From Patescibacteria group bacterium (lineage in GTDB: Bacteria; Patescibacteriota; Minisyncoccia; Minisyncoccales; Staskawiczbacteraceae), in the NCBI GenBank assembly GCA_018829965.1, contig JAHJTG010000016.1:93537-157536 (forward strand): a DNA stretch of 64,000 nt, in the 5' to 3' direction. Shown here piece after piece: positions 44,826 through 54,481 of the stretch. Position numbers and translations under genes: made by a program. Numbering within the stretch: position 1 is the stretch's first letter; each line of letters opens with the position of its first letter. The notes under the pieces were generated by a model. It saw nothing but the letters and a program-made list of their open reading frames with translations. It was not told where the DNA came from and did no database searches.

Positions 44826-45887
44826 TCATTGTATTAAAGGTTGTAATCCAACAAGCTGTTCCCCTGAAAGAAAACTTAACATTGCGCCTCCTCCGGTTGA
44901 AACATAATCAAACTTTGATGCCAATTTTGTTTTAGTTAAAAATTCAACCGTCTCGCCTCCACCAACTAAAGTGAAACAAAACCATTTTTTAGTAATTGCT
45001 TTGGCAATCGCAAGCGTCCCCTTCGCAAACTCTTCTTCTTCTGTCTGGCCGAGAGGACCATTCCAAAAAATAGTCTTTGCTTTTTTAATTTTTTTCCTAA
45101 AAAGTTTAACCGTCTCCGGGCCAATATCTAATTTTCTTCCGTCCGACTCAATGGCATCAATCGGTACCACTAACTTCTCCTTAAAACTAAACTCTATTCC
45201 CATTTTTTCTATTTCCTGTTTTATCAACTCTCCGATTATAACAACATCTGCAAACTTTAAGATATTTTCGATTAATTTCGTCTTTGTTTCTACTTTCTTA
45301 CCGCCAATAATAGCTAACATTGGCCTCTTTGGTTTTTGCATCACTTTTTCCAATGTCCTTATTTCTTTTTCAAGTAAAAGCCCGACTCCTTTCTCTTTTA
45401 TATATTGCGGCACGCCAACAACCGAGGCGTGAGCTCTATGACAGACGCCGAAAGCATCATTAATATATATCTCTCCCGTTCTTGAAAGAAACGATGCAAA
45501 CTCTTGATTATTTTCAGTTTCTTCTTTATGAAACCTTAGATTTTCCAAAAGAAAAATATCACCGGGATTCAATCCATAAGTGTATTTTTCTATTTCATAC
45601 CCTATACAATCTGGGGCTTTGGTTACAGGACGGCCCAAATGAGCTACAAGATTTTCTTGAACCTTATCCATTGTTAAAGTCGGGACAATCTTGCCGTCCG
45701 GATTCCCCAAATGACTCATTAATATTATTTTTGCCTTTTTTTTAATAAGATATTTAATAGTTGGAAGAATTTTCACAATTCTTGAATCATCTAAAATGTT
45801 CCCTTGTTCATCCAAGGGAACATTAAAATCACATCTGACCAAAACTCTTTTATTTCCGACATTAAGGTCGTAAATTTTCTTAATCAT
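44826..45887 (-). CDS. pgk: Phosphoglycerate kinase
   Basis: RCDFNVP, LLENLRF, WNGPLG and VSTGGGA motifs. Confidence 0.96.
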   Translation of the reverse strand: MIKKIYDLNVGNKRVLVRCDFNVPLDEQGNILDDSRIVKILPTIKYLIKKKAKIILMSHLGNPDGKIVPTLTMDKVQENLVAHLGRPVTKAPDCIGYEIEKYTYGLNPGDIFLLENLRFHKEETENNQEFASFLSRTGEIYINDAFGVCHRAHASVVGVPQYIKEKGVGLLLEKEIRTLEKVMQKPKRPMLAIIGGKKVETKTKLIENILKFADVVIIGELIKQEIEKMGIEFSFKEKLVVPIDAIESDGRKLDIGPETVKLFRKKIKKAKTIFWNGPLGQTEEEEFAKGTLAIAKAITKKWFCFTLVGGGETVEFLTKTKLASKFDYVSTGGGAMLSFLSGEQLVGLQPLIQ

Positions 45888-47645
45888 TTAAAGTTTAATT
45901 GTTTCTCCGGGGTTAATTACGCCTTTTTTGATCTTGTTTTCCCCAGTAGTAGTCGCTTTGGGCGACACTACGGGGCTACGCTCGCCCTGCGGGGCTCGCT
46001 TGTTTTTTTCAGGGACAGATTCTTCTTCCAGCGATTCTTCTAATGCTTTTTTAAGTTCGCTAATATCCACTTCTTTTCTTTTCGGTTTCTCTTTCTCAGT
46101 TCTTTTCCTTGGAGAAGAAAAAGAAACTACTTCTTTCTCTATGGCCTCTTTTAAAGATACTGTCGGAGCCCTATTAGTTTCTGTCTTCTCGCTTTTTCCA
46201 GAATTTTCCCTAACTTTTTTTAAACAATTTTTACAATAAATAGGCCTTCCTTTTTCTGGTTGGAAAACAACTTTAGTTGGTTTATTACAATTAGAACAAA
46301 TAGCATCATAAAGCGTAGGGGGGGTTCCGGCAGGAGCCGATGAATGAGTTTTCATTGTTCCTTCATCAGTTTCTCCAGTCCAGCGCCTAATTTTATCTTC
46401 AACCAGCTCTCTTCTAACACCGTATCTTTCACGGCTGGTTTTAATAATTTTATCCCTGCTTGATTTTTCTGGCGCTTCTATCGGAGGGAGAGTCTGCGCT
46501 GAGAACGGACGGCCAGCAACTCCATCAATCATTAATTTTAAATAAATATTATACTTTGTTAAACCTACTAAATCTTGGGCGAGAAATTCTGGAGTAAACT
46601 CTCTCTCTAAATATTCTGCATCTTCAGCGCCAATACGGAAAAGAATTAAAGTACCTACGTTTCCAAAAACAGCATCTCTTACTTCGTCCTCCATTTGGGC
46701 TATATATTGATGACCTAAAGTTAAATCTAAGCGATATTTTCTCGCTTCAGATAAAATATTGGCAAATGATTCAGTGGCAAAGTTTTGAAATTCGTCAACA
46801 TAAAGATAAAAATCACGCCTTTCTTCTTCTGGAATATCAACTCTAGACATTGCTGCTAATTGAAGTTTAGTAATCAATAAAGCTCCCAACAGCCTTGAAT
46901 TATCTTCTCCTATTCTGCCTTTAGATAAATTCAAAATTAATATTTTTCCTTCATCCATAATCTTTCTCATATCAATGGTAGATTTCACTTGGCCAATACT
47001 ATTTCTTATTAAAGCGTTTGAAACAAACTGTCCGACTTTATTCTGGATAGCAGCCGTTGCCTCTACTTCATATCTTTGAGTATAGCGGGAGTATTCATTA
47101 ACCCAAAATGACTTAATAACAGGGTCAGTTACTTTTTCTACTACTTTTGCCCTATATTCCGGGTCTGCTAACATTCTATTAACTCCAAGTAAGGTTGAAT
47201 CAGGATATTCTAAGAGCGCTAAAATTGAATTATTTAAAATATATTCCATTCTAGCCGACCAAACATCCGGCCAAACTTTTTTAAAAACACCCATCAAACC
47301 GCCTGCAACTAAATGACGATACCTAAAATCTACTTTTTCCATAACATTAAAAGCTATCGGAAAATCAATGTCAGCTGGATTAAAATAAACTACGTCATTG
47401 ATTCTGCTTGAAGGAACAAAATCAAGCAGTCCCTCTGCCGCTTCACCGTGAGGGTCAACAAAAGCTACGCCCCTTCCTTGCAGAATGTCTTGTCTTGCCA
47501 TATTTTCCATTAAGACGGTTTTGCCCATACCTGTTTTACCAATAATATAAATGTGCCGCCTTCTATCGTCGGTTTTAATTCCGAAATTCTTTTCTTGATT
47601 TCTGAAGGTTGTTTTGCCTATAATAGTTATTTTTTTCTCTATCAT
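45888..47645 (-). CDS. TraD/VirD4-like (TrwB-fold) ATPase with a CxxC-x17-CxxC domain
   Basis: GKTGMGKT, DPHG, YVDEFQNF, EARKY and CSNC...CKNC motifs. Confidence 0.85.
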   Translation of the reverse strand: MIEKKITIIGKTTFRNQEKNFGIKTDDRRRHIYIIGKTGMGKTVLMENMARQDILQGRGVAFVDPHGEAAEGLLDFVPSSRINDVVYFNPADIDFPIAFNVMEKVDFRYRHLVAGGLMGVFKKVWPDVWSARMEYILNNSILALLEYPDSTLLGVNRMLADPEYRAKVVEKVTDPVIKSFWVNEYSRYTQRYEVEATAAIQNKVGQFVSNALIRNSIGQVKSTIDMRKIMDEGKILILNLSKGRIGEDNSRLLGALLITKLQLAAMSRVDIPEEERRDFYLYVDEFQNFATESFANILSEARKYRLDLTLGHQYIAQMEDEVRDAVFGNVGTLILFRIGAEDAEYLEREFTPEFLAQDLVGLTKYNIYLKLMIDGVAGRPFSAQTLPPIEAPEKSSRDKIIKTSRERYGVRRELVEDKIRRWTGETDEGTMKTHSSAPAGTPPTLYDAICSNCNKPTKVVFQPEKGRPIYCKNCLKKVRENSGKSEKTETNRAPTVSLKEAIEKEVVSFSSPRKRTEKEKPKRKEVDISELKKALEESLEEESVPEKNKRAPQGERSPVVSPKATTTGENKIKKGVINPGETIKL

Positions 47646-47654
47646 CTTAAAAAT

Positions 47655-49052
47655 TTATTCTTCAAAAGGTAAATTAGCAGGTGGACCGCCTCTTTTAGCC
47701 TCTACGCCAGCCACCGCAGAAGAGCTAATTCCGCTAATTTTGGTTGGAAAATGAAAAATAGTAGCTAATTCTTCGGTATTTAAAATAGGGTTTCCTTCTC
47801 CGAACAATACTGGAAATTTATATGGATACCTCTTTATATAATTCCGGAAAATCTTTTTAGCCCTTAAACGTTCCCTGGTTTTTCTTAAAATATAATGAAT
47901 TTTAGTCCTTGTATCAAGTGAAAATCTAATATAGTTTAGATTCGCAGCCGCAAAATGCATAAAATAAGTTCTGGCAATTTTCCCGTTAGGACCCTTAAAA
48001 GAACCTTTTTTTGCGATGTAAACAGCTCTGATATTGGTTTTATAGGCCGCTTTTTTAATTTTTTCCTCAACGCCAGAAAGAATTTCTCTTTCCCCTGGAG
48101 TAATTATCATTTCTCTTTCCGTACTTTCAGATTTAGCCGGCGATAAAGATTTGGCTTTTCCCTTATCATCAACTCCCGCGCTTCCTGTTATTCCAGCAAA
48201 AAGCTCGTTAAACATATTGCCTAACATATCCCAAAATGATTCCTTTTTCTCTTCTGGGCGCTTGGCAATCTTATTAATTATTTTTTTTGCCTCTTCTTTC
48301 CATGGAATCTCGTGATCAACAGCAGGATTGATTATAATCTGAAGCCAAAATTGCTCTCCTGGATCCAATGTCGCAAGGTTTTCTAATAAAGAGGCTATCG
48401 GGTCAATCCTTTTTTCTTCTTGGGATATTTTTTCGCCTTGAGGCTCAAAAAACTTTGAATATGTTTTAATGGGATAAGCATTCCCCCTGCCTAAAATATA
48501 ATCTTCTGCGTATATCTGCCATTCTTCGTTAGGAATATCTTGAGGAACATTTTTAGTATAATCGGATGTTTCCACAATTTCTACTTCAGGATAATGCGAA
48601 TAAAGAACCGATTCAATAATGTTACGGTGTTGGGCCAAGCACCTGACATAAAAATGAACTTTTCCTTCAATGCTTGCTATTTCCCAAGAACACCAATAAG
48701 GGCATATCGGCAATTCTCCTTCGCACCAAGTCTCTCTCCAATTTGCCGAGTCTATAATACTCCAGACAACATTAAAAACATCGTCCATCGCAGAAAACGG
48801 GGCAAGAACTTCTTTTGGCGGGATTAATTCCAACATCACCCATTTTTGCTTCTTATACTCAAAATCCCAACTTATCCACCAAAGATAGTATGTTTGAAGA
48901 TGATAAACAAGAAATATCGGTATTATCAGCCACCACCAAACATTAATTACTGGCACTAACAAAACAATTGCGGATAAAAACAAACTCCAAAATGGCTTCC
49001 AAATTACTCTTTCAGGAACCTCTAACCAGAAAAAATAATCTTTAAATTTCAT
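47655..49052 (-). CDS. Membrane-anchored hypothetical protein, probable partner of the ATPase
   Basis: N-terminal transmembrane segment; SWEIAS, YPEVEI, YPIKTY and LNTEELATIFHFP motifs. Confidence 0.8.
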   Translation of the reverse strand: MKFKDYFFWLEVPERVIWKPFWSLFLSAIVLLVPVINVWWWLIIPIFLVYHLQTYYLWWISWDFEYKKQKWVMLELIPPKEVLAPFSAMDDVFNVVWSIIDSANWRETWCEGELPICPYWCSWEIASIEGKVHFYVRCLAQHRNIIESVLYSHYPEVEIVETSDYTKNVPQDIPNEEWQIYAEDYILGRGNAYPIKTYSKFFEPQGEKISQEEKRIDPIASLLENLATLDPGEQFWLQIIINPAVDHEIPWKEEAKKIINKIAKRPEEKKESFWDMLGNMFNELFAGITGSAGVDDKGKAKSLSPAKSESTEREMIITPGEREILSGVEEKIKKAAYKTNIRAVYIAKKGSFKGPNGKIARTYFMHFAAANLNYIRFSLDTRTKIHYILRKTRERLRAKKIFRNYIKRYPYKFPVLFGEGNPILNTEELATIFHFPTKISGISSSAVAGVEAKRGGPPANLPFEE

Positions 49053-49158
49053 AAAAGGTTTTTGTAAAACAAAAAATGTTTTTTTACTATTATCTTAGTG
49101 ATTTTAACACATAAAAGTAAAAAAACATAGCTATATTTGAAAGAAAAATCTTACTTTA

Positions 49159-49336
49159 TTACTTTGAATTACGAAATGCATTATTAAAAGCAAGTTTCAG
49201 GTCTTTTCTCCAAATTTCAGCTGAAAATTTGCTATAATTATTTGGCGTATGCGTTGCATATGCCTCATAGTTCTATCAAATTTTCGCTCTGAAATTTGGA
49301 GAAAATCCCAAGAAAGCATTCCGTAATTCAAAGTAA
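49159..49336. repeat. 178-bp nested palindrome (MITE-like)
   Basis: Outer arms ttactttgaattacg/cgtaattcaaagtaa; inner arms ttttctccaaatttcag/ctgaaatttggagaaaa. Confidence 0.75.
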
Positions 49337-49546
49337 TTAAAAAAGCTGCGGGACATATTCCAACAGTATAGATAGAATAATTACTATTAAAAAACCTACT
49401 AAAAAAAACTTAAAGGAAAACATTAATGGCACTAAAATATAAGTTAATTCTTTTTTATGCCAGTAGTAAACGAATCCGAAAAAGATTGCGTAGTAAACAA
49501 TTGTTAATAAAAAAAGGATTTTTATCAACAAAAGAAAATATATCAT
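49337..49546 (-). CDS. Small two-helix membrane protein
   Basis: Two hydrophobic helices separated by YYWH. Confidence 0.65.
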   Translation of the reverse strand: MIYFLLLIKILFLLTIVYYAIFFGFVYYWHKKELTYILVPLMFSFKFFLVGFLIVIILSILLEYVPQLF

Positions 49547-49691
49547 CCCAGTATATCAACCTCCAGAGCCAAACAACACATAGGTTCTTGGTTGGTTAAA
49601 TGAATTAAATTAATAAATACCATTGCCCAGAGACAACTTTCGTGTTCTTTGTTTGGCATAGACCAAGAACACTGGAGGTTGTATTACTGGG
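49547..49691. mobile_element. MITE, 145 bp, homolog of 17368-17514, 4-bp duplication (ATGA on the minus strand) at a start codon
   Basis: cccagtatatcaacctccag...ctggaggttgtattactggg with TCAT on both flanks. Confidence 0.85.
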
Positions 49692-49699
49692 TCATCTTA

Positions 49700-50728
49700 T
49701 TAAGCAGTTTGGGTTTTTCTTAATATGTATTTTCCTTTATCATCTATTGAAAAATATTTCCTATCGTTCAAGTTCATTAAAACAGTATTTTTTGCAACTA
49801 TTCTTTGAGAAAGAACCTTATTAACTAACGCATCTTTTGTTAATGGTTGTTTATGCTCTCCCATAATTTGAGCGATTACGTCCCTAACTGTTCCAGGATT
49901 ATATCCCCATTCTCTTAAAGCATACATACCCCTTCCCACTAAGACAAACCTATTATCTTTTATTAATTCGTTATGAACTGTTTGAGGAAGAGTTTTTTTG
50001 TTAGGTAAATTATAGTTTAAAGTGTCAATTAAAGTAGCCACTTTGGTAAAATGAAGCGGTTTATTTTCTTTTTGAAATACTAAGAATGATTTATCTCTTA
50101 CGCCCCTTGGGCTAATTTCTGGCCAATTAATTAAACCGATCCTTCCTTCATTATTTTCCTTAATGTTTTTTGAAACTTCAAAATAAGAATCTAAAATCAC
50201 CGGAGTTAAATTATATTTGCCAGTGAATTGAGTTATAAATTCTTTTTTAACTAAAGGTTTACCCATTTTTTCAAGTCCGCCAGATAAAGAAGCTAATACT
50301 TTTTTAACTCCTGTTTCTCCATTAATAACATTGGCCCAGAAAGAATAGAAATCTCTCTTTTCGCAAACACGCGAAAATTGCTCACCTAAGGTTAACAAAA
50401 ACAATACATATGGTTGAGCATTATTCCCGCCAAAATCTGCTAAAATTAAATCCTCTCTTCTAAAACCGCCTTTATTTTTAAAATAATTTGAAAAATCTTT
50501 AAATATTTTTTCTAAAATTTCTTTGTTCTGATTTTTTATATGAGAAAAACCAACTGCCTCTATTTGACGCACTCTTTCACGAGTAATGCCCATGCTCTTG
50601 CCGATTGAATCCAAGGTCTCTCTTTCTTTTTGATTAATGCCAAAACGCCGACTAAAAATCTCTTTTGTTTTGTCGGATAAACCTTTAGTAAGGTTTGCGT
50701 ATGTCGTAGAATAATTTATTTTTTCCAT
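49700..50728 (-). CDS. Sigma70 region-4-like HTH plus HARE-HTH protein
   Basis: RRFG...TLDSIG...TRERVRQIE and TVHNELIKDNRFVLVGRGMYALREWG. Confidence 0.8.
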   Translation of the reverse strand: MEKINYSTTYANLTKGLSDKTKEIFSRRFGINQKERETLDSIGKSMGITRERVRQIEAVGFSHIKNQNKEILEKIFKDFSNYFKNKGGFRREDLILADFGGNNAQPYVLFLLTLGEQFSRVCEKRDFYSFWANVINGETGVKKVLASLSGGLEKMGKPLVKKEFITQFTGKYNLTPVILDSYFEVSKNIKENNEGRIGLINWPEISPRGVRDKSFLVFQKENKPLHFTKVATLIDTLNYNLPNKKTLPQTVHNELIKDNRFVLVGRGMYALREWGYNPGTVRDVIAQIMGEHKQPLTKDALVNKVLSQRIVAKNTVLMNLNDRKYFSIDDKGKYILRKTQTA

Positions 50729-51010
50729 TGTTGTATATTTTAATTTATATATGACGGATTACGACATCCAGCATATTGTTCTATTCAATCATACTTATCA
50801 ATATGTGTCAAGACTTTCACCTTGTAAAAGCAAGGTAAGAGGCGCGGACCCTTGCACTTATTTTGCCATATTTTTACTTATCAATAAAACTATTAGATAA
50901 AGTCTGGAAATATTTTACAGTCCGCGTGGGGCGAATAGCCACATCCCTTGTTGGGCGAAGCGGACTGCCGTAGAACTTTTTCGCAAAATTGTGATTCACC
51001 ACATAATTAA

Positions 51011-51095
51011 TCGTTCGGTCAAAATGAAAATTTCGGTTGTCAAAAATAAAAGTAAATTTTTATTTTTTTCCCTCAATTTTCATTTTTCCCTCACT
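51011..51095. repeat. AGCGAGG...CCGAGCGA family element (reverse orientation, internally nested)
   Basis: tcgttcgg...cctcact ends with cataatta on both sides. Confidence 0.7.
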
Positions 51096-51139
51096 CATAA
51101 TTATAAGTGGCGGGGCCAAGCTCTTACCAAGCCCTAATG

Positions 51140-52051
51140 TTATTTTACCGCTCTTTTCTCTTTTCTTTTTAACCAACTTACTAAAATCTGACTAGCAATA
51201 AACAAAGACGAGTAAGTGCCGATAATAATACCAATTATCAAAGCTAAAGAAAAATATTTGAGAGATTGTCCGCCTAAAAAGAAGATGGCAAAAAGTGGAA
51301 ATAAAGTCGTAAGAGATGTGCTCAAGCATCTGCTCAATATTTGATTCAAGGATACATTTACAATTTCATCATAATTAGAAGAACTTTTTCTTAAAAGATT
51401 TTCCCTAATCCTATCAAAAACTACAATTTTATCGTTAATTGCATAACCAACTATGACCAATAAAGCCGTAACAACAGGGATTGTCACCTGCACCCCGTAA
51501 AACTTTCCTAAAATACTAAAAACCCCTAATGTTATTAAAACATCTTGAGAAAGAGTTAATAAAGAAGCGACTCCATATTGCCAAGAAGAAATCGGCCTTG
51601 CGACCCTGCCGAAAGCAATGGCTATATAAAGTACTATCACTAATATTGATAAAATTGTAATAATCTGAGTTTTTGCCCTTAGCTCTTTACCGATGACTGG
51701 ACTGATTGTTTCAAAGCTTAAAGAGCCATCCTCTACCTCTCCCAGTGTTTTTAATTTATCGCTTATTTTTTGTTGTAAATCGTTAGTAATGTTTTTTTCA
51801 CTAATCCTTAAGTTGATATTTTTTCCCCCTATTAATTTGATTTCTATTTCTTTAAAATCAAACTCTGAAAGAGTCTTTTTAAGATTATCAATCGTAGGTC
51901 TTTGATTATTATAGCTAATATCAATAAGCGTACCCCCGGTAAATTCAATGCCTGGTTGCAAGCCAAAAATAAATAAAGAACCGATAGAAGCAACTATCAA
52001 AATACCAGAAAAGATAAAGAAAATTATACGATATTTTAAGAAATCTATCAT
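51140..52051 (-). CDS. secF: Protein translocase subunit SecF
   Basis: GIEFTGGT, GYAINDKIVVFDRIRE and GTYSSLFIA motifs. Confidence 0.96.
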   Translation of the reverse strand: MIDFLKYRIIFFIFSGILIVASIGSLFIFGLQPGIEFTGGTLIDISYNNQRPTIDNLKKTLSEFDFKEIEIKLIGGKNINLRISEKNITNDLQQKISDKLKTLGEVEDGSLSFETISPVIGKELRAKTQIITILSILVIVLYIAIAFGRVARPISSWQYGVASLLTLSQDVLITLGVFSILGKFYGVQVTIPVVTALLVIVGYAINDKIVVFDRIRENLLRKSSSNYDEIVNVSLNQILSRCLSTSLTTLFPLFAIFFLGGQSLKYFSLALIIGIIIGTYSSLFIASQILVSWLKRKEKRAVK

Positions 52052-52071
52052 ATTTTAATTTATAGTTTAAA

Positions 52072-53496
52072 TTACGCCCACAGCCATCTCCATCTTTCAA
52101 GCCTGGTTCCTTCAAATAATCTTAAAAGGTTTCTCGTAATTACAATCGCTGAAAACACACTGATGACAATACCAATGCTTAAAGTTAAAGCAAATCCTTT
52201 AATAAAACTTGTGCCCAAGAAAAAGAAAATAAAGGCAACGATTATAGTAGTTAAGTTGCCATCGCGAATTGACGGCCAAGCTCTTTTGAAACCATCTGTA
52301 ATACTTTGACTGAATATTTTGCCATCTCTTAACTCTTCTTTCATGCGGGAAAAGATTAGAACATTAGCATCTACGGCCATGCCTATTGATAGAATAAAAC
52401 CGCCTATGCCGGCCAAAGTTAAAGTAACTGGGATAAGTTTAAATAGTGCCAGTATTAAGATTATATAAATTGTCAAAGATAAAGAAGCAACAACGCCAGA
52501 ACCCCGATAAACAATTATTATAAATACAACAACTGCCAAAAGACCGACTAGTCCCGCCCATAGTGATTTTTGTAATGATTCTTTCCCTAATGTAGGGCCT
52601 ACTATTGTTTGAGAAATCGGTTCCCCTATTTTTACCGGTAAAGCCCCGGAATTTAATCTTTTAACAATTTCGTTTGCTCTTTGAATGCTCATATCACCCG
52701 TAATTACTGCCTTGCCACCAGATATTTTATCTTGTACTATCGGCGCATATAAATCATTGATGTCAATTTTTCCGTCGCCATTCGTATCAACAATAGACAT
52801 ACTGTCTAAAAAAATAGCCAAAGGCTTTTTTATGTTTCTTTCTGTAATTTGTTCAAACAATTCTGCGCCCTCATCGTCAAACTGAAGTTGAATTGTTGGT
52901 TTATAACTTGTTTGGTCAAAAATAACTGTTGTTTTTGATAAATATTTTCCAGTTAATTCGGTTGGTTTAAAATAAGGATTTTGAAAAGCTATTTGCCAAT
53001 CTTCAACTTTTTGCATTTCTTCTAAATTCTTTTCTTCTAATTCTTTTATTTTATCCAAAATAGTATTTGTTTCTTCCTCTGCTCTTTGTTCCAAAAATTC
53101 AAGATACGGCGTTTCTCCAATCATTCTTATTGCTTCATCAACATTTTTAACACCGGCTAATTCTACAAGTAAACGATTTTCCCCTACTACTTGAACCAAC
53201 GGCTCTGTAACCCCAAGGATATTAACTCTTCTTTCAATAATGTCACGAAGCCCTGCCATTACTTCTGTTTTGTTCCTATCACCAATAGTGCTTAAATCTG
53301 CCTCATAAGTCAGACTCACCCCACCTTGCAAATCAAGACCTAATCTAAATGGTCTTGTCCAAAAATGAGGGATTTTAAAAGCAACTTTCGTATTCAAAAA
53401 ATCAACTCCTTTATCAAAATAGTCGGGGTAAACAAAAGTCCCAGCTAAGAAAACCAGAACTAAAATACCAATAAAAATTAAATATTTTTGTTTCAC
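52072..53496 (-). CDS. secD: Protein translocase subunit SecD (GTG start recreated by a MITE)
   Basis: LGLDLQGG, LNSGALP and GMAVDANVLIF motifs. Confidence 0.95.
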   Translation of the reverse strand: MKQKYLIFIGILVLVFLAGTFVYPDYFDKGVDFLNTKVAFKIPHFWTRPFRLGLDLQGGVSLTYEADLSTIGDRNKTEVMAGLRDIIERRVNILGVTEPLVQVVGENRLLVELAGVKNVDEAIRMIGETPYLEFLEQRAEEETNTILDKIKELEEKNLEEMQKVEDWQIAFQNPYFKPTELTGKYLSKTTVIFDQTSYKPTIQLQFDDEGAELFEQITERNIKKPLAIFLDSMSIVDTNGDGKIDINDLYAPIVQDKISGGKAVITGDMSIQRANEIVKRLNSGALPVKIGEPISQTIVGPTLGKESLQKSLWAGLVGLLAVVVFIIIVYRGSGVVASLSLTIYIILILALFKLIPVTLTLAGIGGFILSIGMAVDANVLIFSRMKEELRDGKIFSQSITDGFKRAWPSIRDGNLTTIIVAFIFFFLGTSFIKGFALTLSIGIVISVFSAIVITRNLLRLFEGTRLERWRWLWA

Positions 53497-53606
53497 CCCC
53501 ACACCAAACGAATTTATATCCTACAATCAGGTAAAATTTTCATTCGTTGGTATATTTTATTTTTTATTTTATTGCCCCCACATTGATTATTCGTTTGGTG
53601 TGGGGG
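53496..53606. mobile_element. MITE, 111 bp, terminal inverted repeats CCCCCACACCAAACGAAT, TTCA duplication at the secD start
   Basis: Perfect 18-bp terminal inverted repeats; ttca at 53492-53495 and 53607-53610. Confidence 0.85.
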
Positions 53607-53658
53607 TTCATAAACTAATTTTAATATTATATCCTATTATGAAAAATAATCAAGGATT

Positions 53659-54231
53659 TTATAGTCTTTCCACAATTTTTAATTCTACACTATCCTTCTC
53701 CGTATCATAAACAGCGAAAGTTGGCTTAAAGATTTGACCTGCAGCTTCACCGGGGTTAATTAATAAGCATCCTTTTTCTTCCCCGCTCGCAACGCTTCGC
53801 TTCGCTTGCCAGCCCGCAGTAGATACAACGTTTCTGACGGGCGTAGCGATGCGGACGAGCCATGGCTTATGAGTATGGCCGTAAAAAACTATATCGTATT
53901 TTCCTGATTCGGCTAATTGTTTAGCCGGCTCTAATTTATGGATAACAGCTATTTTTTTACCGTCTAATTCTATTTCCAAGGGTTCTTGAACAACTTTGAT
54001 TGTCGACGGATTTTGATATTCCTCTATCCTTATATCCCAATCTTTATCCATATTGCCAAAAATCCCAAGAAATTCTCCTTTGAAATTTGCCAAAGACTCC
54101 TTCAATGATTCCGGGCTGCCGATATCGCCGCAATGCAAAATAGTCTTTATATTTTCTTTGTTTACCCATTCAACAATTTTTTTAAAAGTTGCAGTATTAC
54201 CGTGAGTATCAGAAATAATTACGATTTTCAT
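53659..54231 (-). CDS. YfcE-like metallophosphoesterase with an in-frame repeat insertion
   Basis: SDTH, HCGD, GNMD, GHTH and NPG motifs. Confidence 0.9.
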   Translation of the reverse strand: MKIVIISDTHGNTATFKKIVEWVNKENIKTILHCGDIGSPESLKESLANFKGEFLGIFGNMDKDWDIRIEEYQNPSTIKVVQEPLEIELDGKKIAVIHKLEPAKQLAESGKYDIVFYGHTHKPWLVRIATPVRNVVSTAGWQAKRSVASGEEKGCLLINPGEAAGQIFKPTFAVYDTEKDSVELKIVERL

Positions 54232-54235
54232 CGTA

Positions 54236-54478
54236 TTATTTAATATATTTAAATCTTGGAACTTTTTTACCACCAATTTCTACCTTTTCTAAAAACATTT
54301 TAAGCGGTCTAACCCAAAGCTCGCCGTCGCCCCTCATCCGCTTGCGAGCTTCGGACGGACAAGCATAAAGCGATTTATAGACAACTAATTCTTCTAAGGT
54401 TTCGCTATGTTTGGCAGTGCCTAAAACCTCGTAATTATTCCCTTTAAAATGCTGGTAAATTCCTGTTTTGATTTCCAT
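54236..54478 (-). CDS. DUF1653 protein
   Basis: YQHFKG, HSET, VVYKSLY and WVRPLKMF motifs. Confidence 0.88.
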   Translation of the reverse strand: MEIKTGIYQHFKGNNYEVLGTAKHSETLEELVVYKSLYACPSEARKRMRGDGELWVRPLKMFLEKVEIGGKKVPRFKYIK

Positions 54479-54481
54479 AAT

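Noticed and set aside
45888..49052. Conjugative element
   Set aside because: No relaxase, VirB genes or integrase; the pair is embedded among housekeeping genes.
50834..51128. tmRNA
   Set aside because: No tRNA-like ends, T loop or tag reading frame could be identified.
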